Shown here: positions 13,901-20,000 of the stretch, piece by piece
Layout: the number at the start of each line of letters is the position of its first letter
Numbering within the stretch: the stretch's first letter is position 1
Virus record (IMG/VR): IMGVR_UViG_3300044448_003347
Origin: an uncultured virus (IMG/VR IMGVR_UViG_3300044448_003347)
Lineage: Duplodnaviria; Heunggongvirae; Uroviricota; Caudoviricetes
DNA: 20,000 bases
Reading direction: 5' to 3' (one strand)
Program-made: the position numbers and the translations under genes
Notes under the pieces: generated by a model
Seen by the model: only the letters and a program-made list of their open reading frames with translations
Told to the model about the DNA's origin: nothing
Database searches by the model: none

Positions 13901-15833
13901 TTTTTTTAGTCTCCAATTCTGTAATCAATGCTTTTACTTGGTTATTGATCTCAAAGATTCTATCCTCTTCTTTCTTATAATTAGAATCCTGCTCTTCTTT
14001 AATCCCTCTCGCCAAGCGGGAAAGATCTTGGTAGCCCTTGTTTATATTTCTGCTGGAGCTACTAGCCAGATTGCTTCCCGCGTCAGAAGACATTTGTCTT
14101 TGCATTGCTCTTTTGCCCGAAAGATCTTTGCGAGGCTCGTACCATTTGCCCTTGGATTTTGCGGTTGTAGTCATTTTCTTGCCAGCCACTTTCTTATGTA
14201 TTTTATCATCTCTGTTTGCTGGTGGCGTTGCTAATAAATTTGTTTCTGGTTCTTCCGGCTCGGGTTCATCAGCTACTAGTTCTTCTGCTCCCGCCTCTTC
14301 ATCTCCCAAAAGATCTTCGCCGCCGCCCTCATCTCCAAGTAGATCTTCTGCGCCGCCGCCAAGACCCCCTCCCATATCTGCGGCTTCGGCTGACTGATCA
14401 AGCTGGGCTGTGATCATTCTATCGTGGAACATCTCGCGCTGGTTACGCAAGAACTCTTCTTCCGAAATGGCAAAGAGGTTTTCTGCGATCCATCGCTTTG
14501 AGAAGAAGCCTTCCGCTGCCGCTGAAGCAACGTCAAATTTGGTTCTCCACTGTTCTAGGTCTTGCAGTTCAGCAATCTTGGATGGATTGTTCATTGAGAG
14601 TTTAAAAGAAATAAGATCGTTCTCTCTGTATCCCAAAGTAAAAAGGTGAATGATGGCAATCTTTTCCAACTCTGTGATGATAACTCTTTGCAGTCTTTGG
14701 ATTGTTCTCGCAAAACGAATGTCTTTTTGAGCGAGTGTTGCCTTGTCCTCATCGGCACCTTCGCCACGGAAAAGGTAAGACTGTGGGATTTTAAGTGCCG
14801 AGAATAGTTTATCTTTTAGGTACTTAACATCATCAATGTCACCCGTGTAAGTTCCACCGGGCAGACTCTCAACCCTAGTTGATTGACCGCCACGAGTAGG
14901 GATGAAATAATCTTCATCAACAGACATTGGATTGTAGCGAAGGTCAACGCGACCGGTGTCGGCATCGACAACTTGGTTACGCTTCATAGAAGTCATAACC
15001 TTCTGCATGTATTGTTCAACATCGTTAGGAGCCATGTTTCCAACATCAACATAAAATACGCGGCGTTCTGGGGAGCGAACGATGCGGTATGCCATCATTG
15101 CATCTTCCAGCAGAGTAAGCTGTCTGAAGATTCTCCTAGAGGGGTCTAAAACAGAAGTGCCGTATGGCGCATGCTTGTCATTCCCTAAAACTCTAAAATG
15201 TGCGACCTGCCAATTTTCAAAAGTCAATCCGGCTGAGTTCCACTGGTATTGGACATAATTAGGGTTTGTTTTGTCTTCTCCTTCCAGTCTTTCCACTTCT
15301 CTCAAAGGTAGACTAATGACATTTTCTATTCCTATTTTATCATCAATATCTAAATAAAGAATGTAATCGCCATACTTGCACAATGTTCTACACCAATTGA
15401 AAATGTTGTGCTCCACATTAAGAACATTGTGAAAAAGAGAGTTTAATATAATTTTTATTTCTTCATTTTGGCAGTGAATATTTAAGAGAGGCTTCATCGG
15501 GGAAGAGGTTGTCATCTCATCCGCATAGATATCCAATGCTGAAGCAATAATTGGTTCATATTCCATTTGGTCAAAATCAATATATCTTTGAAGTCTGGAT
15601 TGATTTTGATAGATATTGGCTGATATATCAGCAAACGGGTTGTATCCCATTCTTTTAAATTGTTTGCCAGAAGCGGAAGTAAATTTTCCAGCATATTTAT
15701 CCAAGTCTTGTCTTCGATTCTGGTTAACATTTTGTGCCCGGTAGTTAACGATTGGACCCGAGAAAAGCCTAGTCAACCTCTTAAACAGGGGAGAGGAGGG
15801 ATTTCTTACATTTTTTCCATTTTTAGGAGCCAT
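13884..15833 (-). CDS. Portal protein (T4 gp20-like)
   Basis: gp20 motifs QLTLLEDAMMAYRIVRSPERRVFYVDVGNM, EDYFIP.R, LPGG...DIDDVKYL..KLF.ALKIP.SYL and DIRFAR.I.RLQ. Confidence 0.96.
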   Translation of the reverse strand: MAPKNGKNVRNPSSPLFKRLTRLFSGPIVNYRAQNVNQNRRQDLDKYAGKFTSASGKQFKRMGYNPFADISANIYQNQSRLQRYIDFDQMEYEPIIASALDIYADEMTTSSPMKPLLNIHCQNEEIKIILNSLFHNVLNVEHNIFNWCRTLCKYGDYILYLDIDDKIGIENVISLPLREVERLEGEDKTNPNYVQYQWNSAGLTFENWQVAHFRVLGNDKHAPYGTSVLDPSRRIFRQLTLLEDAMMAYRIVRSPERRVFYVDVGNMAPNDVEQYMQKVMTSMKRNQVVDADTGRVDLRYNPMSVDEDYFIPTRGGQSTRVESLPGGTYTGDIDDVKYLKDKLFSALKIPQSYLFRGEGADEDKATLAQKDIRFARTIQRLQRVIITELEKIAIIHLFTLGYRENDLISFKLSMNNPSKIAELQDLEQWRTKFDVASAAAEGFFSKRWIAENLFAISEEEFLRNQREMFHDRMITAQLDQSAEAADMGGGLGGGAEDLLGDEGGGEDLLGDEEAGAEELVADEPEPEEPETNLLATPPANRDDKIHKKVAGKKMTTTAKSKGKWYEPRKDLSGKRAMQRQMSSDAGSNLASSSSRNINKGYQDLSRLARGIKEEQDSNYKKEEDRIFEINNQVKALITELETKKNVNEN

Positions 15834-15838
15834 CTTTT

Positions 15839-17413
15839 TTATCCTTTAAGAATCCAGTTGTATTGCTGTTGTTCCTTTATTCTAGCACTTTTTGCGACAG
15901 GTTTATAGCCCTGTTGACCGGGAATTGTCGTATTTAATTCACTTTTTGTCCTAGTCATTGTGCTAAGAAACGCTTTTGTATATTGAACATCTCTCTGGTT
16001 AGTTTCCAAAGCTGTATCCCTAACCCAACATCCAATTGCAAAAGCCATCACCAAATCATCGTTATACATACGCATTGCTTGGGGACGCCCATTTTGCCAG
16101 ACAAATGTCTCTAACTCATTAAATAGTCTAGCAGAATATATTGTAACTAGTTTATTTCTAATGAACTCTTCCATTTTCGCCACAATCAAAGGTCTGGTCT
16201 TTGAGGTGGTAGAAAAGCCAGCAACAGCATTTGAGGCTGTTTCTCCCAGATAAGAATCAATATATTCGTGTGTGGACTTTATTGAATAGTAAAGATTTGG
16301 ATATGCCATATCCCTGAGCTTGTCAAGCACAGCAAAGCCTACAGAATTATTTTCAATAACCATCAGGCATTCACCGAACTCTTTACCAACTTCGTTTAGC
16401 ATGTTAGCAAAGAGATCTGGTGTGATTTTAGACTTATACTCTCCGATGATTTCCATTGTTGATAACTTCATAATGTGGAAAACAGAACTATCTTTGTCAT
16501 CACCACGGGCAACGTCGGCTACAAGAAGATAGCTTTCTCCCGGCTGGTATTCTTCCCAGATCCAAAAGTTCCTATCAAAGCCTGTTTTATATTTTGGGTC
16601 TTGTAGTCCAGCTTTTATTATAGCCATGTCATCCGGGTGTATAACCGTTTCACCGGACATATTAAAGTTACACTCATATTCTTGTGCAACTTGTCTTTGA
16701 GACATATTTTTGGTTTCTTCCTCGAACCATTCATCATCTCTGTCTGGATGGACATGCCATGGTAGGACAGTTGGGAAGAAGTCGTTGTTTCCTGCTTCTG
16801 CGTCTGTGTAAGTTTGGTGAAACCAGTTTCCTACACCATTTGGGGTAGATAGAGCAATACAGCGTCCACCTGTTGATAGAGTGGGGTAAAGACCAGTCCA
16901 TAGCTCATCAAGACCCTCTACATGTGCTGCCTCATCAATGACAAGAAGAGAGAGGGCTTCTGAACGACCGGCATCGCCAGAAGTGGTGGAGGCTTTAATC
17001 TGAGAGCCATTGTTCAGCTCGAAAGAAGCTCGATTATCAATAGAGATGGTAGCAATCTGCATCCAATCTGGCAGGTTTTTAATGATCGCTTTAACTTTCT
17101 TTACCAAGTTCGCTGCTGTCTGAAACTTGGTAGCCATGACAAGAATATTTTTGTCTCTATGAAAAAGCATCATCCAAGAGACATAAGCAGCAGTAATAGT
17201 AGAAATACCTAACTGTCTCCCTTTTAAAATCACATTGAAGCGGTGATCGTTAAAATCCTTTAGGAGTTGGGTTTGGAAATCGTAGGTATTGAAAGGTACG
17301 GTGCCATGGATTGGGTGGGAGATCCTAGCATAACTATTGATAAAAAAGTCCGGATCTTTTCCGCACTTGACTATTTCTGCGAGGATTTCTTTTTTTGATA
17401 GTTTGTAAGCCAT
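15839..17413 (-). CDS. terL: Large terminase subunit (T4 gp17-like)
   Basis: Adenine-binding YDFQ, Walker A region KGRQLGIST, Walker B LLVIDEAAH, coupling motif LSTPNG, and RNase H-like nuclease motifs ADVARG, IENN and DDLVMA. Confidence 0.96.
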   Translation of the reverse strand: MAYKLSKKEILAEIVKCGKDPDFFINSYARISHPIHGTVPFNTYDFQTQLLKDFNDHRFNVILKGRQLGISTITAAYVSWMMLFHRDKNILVMATKFQTAANLVKKVKAIIKNLPDWMQIATISIDNRASFELNNGSQIKASTTSGDAGRSEALSLLVIDEAAHVEGLDELWTGLYPTLSTGGRCIALSTPNGVGNWFHQTYTDAEAGNNDFFPTVLPWHVHPDRDDEWFEEETKNMSQRQVAQEYECNFNMSGETVIHPDDMAIIKAGLQDPKYKTGFDRNFWIWEEYQPGESYLLVADVARGDDKDSSVFHIMKLSTMEIIGEYKSKITPDLFANMLNEVGKEFGECLMVIENNSVGFAVLDKLRDMAYPNLYYSIKSTHEYIDSYLGETASNAVAGFSTTSKTRPLIVAKMEEFIRNKLVTIYSARLFNELETFVWQNGRPQAMRMYNDDLVMAFAIGCWVRDTALETNQRDVQYTKAFLSTMTRTKSELNTTIPGQQGYKPVAKSARIKEQQQYNWILKG

Positions 17414-17430
17414 TTCTCAACGGTGGGTTA

Positions 17431-17925
17431 TTAGTTCTTAGCAGTTTTAAGCCAACTTTTGATATTCTCATTGATATCTTTTGGCTGATCTTCTTCCAAT
17501 ACACCTTCCGCTCCTCCAATCTTATAGATACAGCTTGATTGGAACCAAGTGCGAAAGTTAGACATTTTTTGAACAAGAATATCAGTCTCCCCCTCTCTGG
17601 TTAGACTTAGACTCTTTCCTGCTGCTCCTTTGTACTCCTTTTGTATGAAGGAGACAATATCTGCAATATTTTGCTCAACCATATCCTGAAAATTTGGCTT
17701 CTGAACTTGCTTTATGTTACACTCAGAAGAATAACTGAGTATCATCTTATTCCCTTGAAATCTAACACCAAACCCATCAACAAGTCTACTATCTGTTACA
17801 ACATTATCAACTTCTCTTTTAAGACCAATCTTTACTGGATTGCCTTCTTCATCAAGTGCTCCATCGTACCCTTTTGTTGCGACGATGTTTTGAATTGTCT
17901 GCACAACATCTAAAATATTAGCCAT
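17431..17925 (-). CDS. Hypothetical protein (164 aa)
   Basis: ORF directly upstream of terL, overlapping the previous gene by 8 nt. SD-like AAGGGG. Confidence 0.75.
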   Translation of the reverse strand: MANILDVVQTIQNIVATKGYDGALDEEGNPVKIGLKREVDNVVTDSRLVDGFGVRFQGNKMILSYSSECNIKQVQKPNFQDMVEQNIADIVSFIQKEYKGAAGKSLSLTREGETDILVQKMSNFRTWFQSSCIYKIGGAEGVLEEDQPKDINENIKSWLKTAKN

Positions 17926-18334
17926 TATCTTTCCCCTTATAAAAGTTTCCTAAAAACTCTACTCTTTGGTCTATGTTCATCCAGCGTTCTTCCCTGTCTA
18001 CAACGAAATGTAAATAACATTTATAGCAACAATCGTATTTGCTCATATATAAATCGTCCTTTAAGTTAAACGAATATTCAAAGCAAGCAGGACAAACACG
18101 GTCTTCGTCTTTAGTAAGTAGTTTTTTTGATATGAAAAAACCATCTTTATTAATCTTTTCAGCGTCTTCTCTTCTTCTAAGTTCTTTTTTGTATTGTTTT
18201 TTTATTTGCTCTAGGTAAACAAGTTCTTTTTCTTTTGACCACCCCGACCTTGGGTTTGTAATTGTTTCCGCACCATACTTTTTAGAAATTTCTTGCTCTA
18301 GTTTGGCTATATCATTTAAATCAGGCTTTTTCAT
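17918..18334 (-). CDS. Hypothetical protein with putative Zn-binding motif (CPAC-x17-CCYKC)
   Basis: 138-aa basic ORF with two CxxC pairs in the C-terminal half. Confidence 0.75.
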   Translation of the reverse strand: MKKPDLNDIAKLEQEISKKYGAETITNPRSGWSKEKELVYLEQIKKQYKKELRRREDAEKINKDGFFISKKLLTKDEDRVCPACFEYSFNLKDDLYMSKYDCCYKCYLHFVVDREERWMNIDQRVEFLGNFYKGKDNG

Positions 18335-18343
18335 TTCACACCA

Positions 18344-19240
18344 TTATACATCTAATTTGTCTAGTTTTTCAGCCAAAAGATCTATTTTCTTTTGTTGCTC
18401 TTTTACAGCCTCGACCAAGAACGAAATGATCCTAGTGTAATCCATTGTGTTTGCATATTGGGGATCTTGGCTCCACTCAACAATCTCAGGGATTACTTTG
18501 CCCACTTCTTCTGCGATGAAACCAAAATCTTTCTTTCCAGTATCTTTCCAGTTGTATGAAACACCTTGAAGTTTGTTTATCGTATCAACAGCCGACTCAA
18601 GAGGCTCAACATCCTTCTTGTATCTTATAGAAGAATACGATACAAAAGCATTTGCCTTTACTTTTCCTGAATCATCGCTTGCGTCTGGCAAAGTGATCGC
18701 ATGGGTGGCGGAACAATCACCGATAGCCAAAAACCTGTCAACATGAACACAGGAGCCCGACAAGACGAGCCCCCTATGTTCCGACCCTGAAACAATTAGT
18801 GCTCCGTTTCCGCCGTCTTCGTAGTATATTTTTGATTCGTTATTTGGTCCGAAGTTAAAAGCAGAGGAATCTCCCGTTGAAACAAATTGCAATTCACCGC
18901 CGATCTTAAGCGGGGAGGCTCCCTCTAGTGTTCCCGCTATCTGAATCGTTGAGCCAGACAAAACAATGCCTTTATCAGAACCCGATATTGTCATGAAGTC
19001 ATCGACAGCCTCCCGGTAGTGTATGTAAGATTCTCCCCCATCTCCAAAAAATATCTTTCTGCCATCAGCTACTTTAAGATCAGTTCCATCAAAAGTAAAT
19101 GCCTCGATTCCATCAAGGCTGCCATTATTGTTAAATTGTAATTCAGTATTAGAACCCGCTACAGGGACAGAGGTGTCCTGCTCTTGCGATCTCCTAATTA
19201 ATGATATCAGTTTTGCGTGACTATAATTACCTATCGCCAT
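18344..19240 (-). CDS. Short fibre/spike protein with C-terminal Peptidase S74 chaperone domain (298 aa)
   Basis: Start set at the ATG at 19240 (TAATG overlap with the upstream stop). YSSIRYKKDV...LQGVSYNWKD...FGFIAEEV..VIPEIV...MDYTRI..FLVEAVKEQQ is an S74 domain (18344-18634). Contains a duplicated module FG...ES.I.Y.......SGS..G.VLSGS. Confidence 0.82.
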   Translation of the reverse strand: MAIGNYSHAKLISLIRRSQEQDTSVPVAGSNTELQFNNNGSLDGIEAFTFDGTDLKVADGRKIFFGDGGESYIHYREAVDDFMTISGSDKGIVLSGSTIQIAGTLEGASPLKIGGELQFVSTGDSSAFNFGPNNESKIYYEDGGNGALIVSGSEHRGLVLSGSCVHVDRFLAIGDCSATHAITLPDASDDSGKVKANAFVSYSSIRYKKDVEPLESAVDTINKLQGVSYNWKDTGKKDFGFIAEEVGKVIPEIVEWSQDPQYANTMDYTRIISFLVEAVKEQQKKIDLLAEKLDKLDV

Positions 19241-19677
19241 TAGTCTTTGATCTCCACAGCGACTGCAAAGACTGCTATGGAAAGAACTATACCACCAAGC
19301 ACACCACCGGCAAGCCACCAATGGCTGTTATCATTTGGTCTTTCTAGTGCTAGTTCCTGTAGTCGCTTGTTCTCCTCGTCTTTTATATTGAGAAGATTTG
19401 TGTATTTGTCGGTTGCCGAGGTTAGTTTGATCTCGCTGATTTTGAGATCTAGTTCTAACTTGGCTTTTAATATTTCTATCTCTCTATCCATTTCCAGCCT
19501 ACACTCTTCTGCCGTGTATTTCTGCTCTGTTAGAACTTTGGCTGCTGCTTTGGCATCCATTAGGACACCAGTAAAGGGTGCTTGTTGCCCCTTCTGTAGT
19601 TCAGTTATAACTCCCTCTTGCGCCCAAGCAGGGAAAGCAAAGAGTATGACTAAAAATATGGATAGTAGTTGTTTCAT
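19240..19677 (-). CDS. Exported protein: signal peptide, coiled coil and C-terminal transmembrane helix
   Basis: MKQLLSIFLVILFAFPAWA|Q is an SPase I-type signal; heptad-like middle region; C-terminal WWLAGGVLGGIVLSIAVFAVAV. SD AAGAGG. Confidence 0.8.
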   Translation of the reverse strand: MKQLLSIFLVILFAFPAWAQEGVITELQKGQQAPFTGVLMDAKAAAKVLTEQKYTAEECRLEMDREIEILKAKLELDLKISEIKLTSATDKYTNLLNIKDEENKRLQELALERPNDNSHWWLAGGVLGGIVLSIAVFAVAVEIKD

Positions 19678-19689
19678 TTTAGCCTCTTA

Positions 19690-19785
19690 CTAGCAGCAAG
19701 CACATCCTTCGCAGGCACAGGACTTGCAACAGCAGCAGCAGTGATCGTTGAATAGGTTTTTTAATCTGTGTAATACTTTTTTCAT
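19690..19785 (-). CDS. Putative metallothionein-like peptide MKKVLHRLKNLFNDHCCCCCKSCACEGCACC (31 aa)
   Basis: Manual translation. SD GGAGG 8 nt upstream, ATG 3 nt after the upstream TAA, ends TAG-TAA and is followed by the SD of the next gene. Ten Cys in the last 16 residues. Confidence 0.75.
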   Translation of the reverse strand: MKKVLHRLKNLFNDHCCCCCKSCACEGCACC

Positions 19786-19788
19786 TTT

Positions 19789-20000
19789 TTATTCCTCCGC
19801 TTTTACGCAGTTTCTGTATGTCTTACCATACATCTTTTTTGTTTTTCTAGTTGGATGAGTCTTGTAGCCTTTTTCGCAGCGCTCTTCCAAGTCGTCTTCT
19901 TTCTTTACCAGTTCCTTATTTACAATGTCATAGCCTTCCACAACTCCTACATTTTCGTAGTCAAAGCCGGGAAGAAGGGCAATCTTCTGCTCTGGGAATC
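19789..20000 (-). CDS. 3' end of a hypothetical protein (partial) ending LEERCEKGYKTHPTRKTKKMYGKTYRNCVKAEE
   Basis: The only minus-strand frame open from the window edge (19998) to the TAA at 19789-19791; 69 codons. Confidence 0.75.
   Translation of the reverse strand, partial: FPEQKIALLPGFDYENVGVVEGYDIVNKELVKKEDDLEERCEKGYKTHPTRKTKKMYGKTYRNCVKAEE

Noticed and set aside
14296..14360. Short direct repeat encoding EDLLGDE twice in the portal tail
   Set aside because: A two-copy coding duplication in a low-complexity linker, not an independent repeat element.
19241..19321. N-terminal extension MVACRWCAWWYSSFHSSLCSRCGDQRL of the 325-aa track ORF, which looks Cys/Trp-rich
   Set aside because: It is an off-frame reading of the upstream gene's TM segment; the ATG at 19240 with a TAATG stop-start overlap is the more plausible start.
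48..19693. Numerous plus-strand and alternate-frame ORFs in the track (e.g. 48-350, 399-758, 1188-1631, 4790-5323, 9200-9745, 11074-11532, 14038-14397, 19247-19693)
   Set aside because: All overlap well-supported minus-strand genes, show no recognisable motifs and look like antisense or off-frame shadows of biased codon usage.
1..20000. Alternative genetic code, introns/inteins, tRNAs, CRISPR arrays, mobile elements
   Set aside because: Core genes are full-length and uninterrupted in the standard code, with TAG used as a normal stop. No intein or homing endonuclease motifs, cloverleafs, regularly spaced repeats or transposase/integrase genes were seen by eye.

Overview
This window is a segment of a large T4-like (Far-T4 / bS21-type) myovirus genome carrying the packaging, head and neck module, with every credible gene on the minus strand. 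In transcription order (20000 to 1) it holds: a partial ORF with a basic C-x22-C tail; an unannotated 31-aa Cys-rich peptide; a signal-peptide/C-terminal-TM protein; a short S74-chaperone fibre; a Zn-finger-like ORF; a hypothetical; large terminase (gp17-like, deviant Walker A); portal (gp20); two hypotheticals; a DUF1360-like CxxC membrane protein; an unannotated 17-aa RRCC peptide; prohead protease (gp21); a small acidic protein; ribosomal protein bS21 (rpsU); a probable structural protein; an 889-aa repeat-rich S74 fibre; a hypothetical; scaffold (gp22-like); major capsid protein (gp23); neck proteins gp13 and gp14; a gp15-like tail terminator; and the 5' part of the tail sheath (gp18). The most notable signals are two SD-led Cys-rich micro-ORFs missed by the ORF track (one metallothionein-like), a recurring ACTAWTTA(CTA) late-promoter-like motif resembling an inverted T4 late box, a twin-hairpin/U-tract leader before the big fibre gene, phage bS21 among genes with strong SD sites, and [S/T]GS tripeptides concentrated in virion surface regions. 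All assignments come from motif recognition by eye; no database searches were run and the host cannot be determined.
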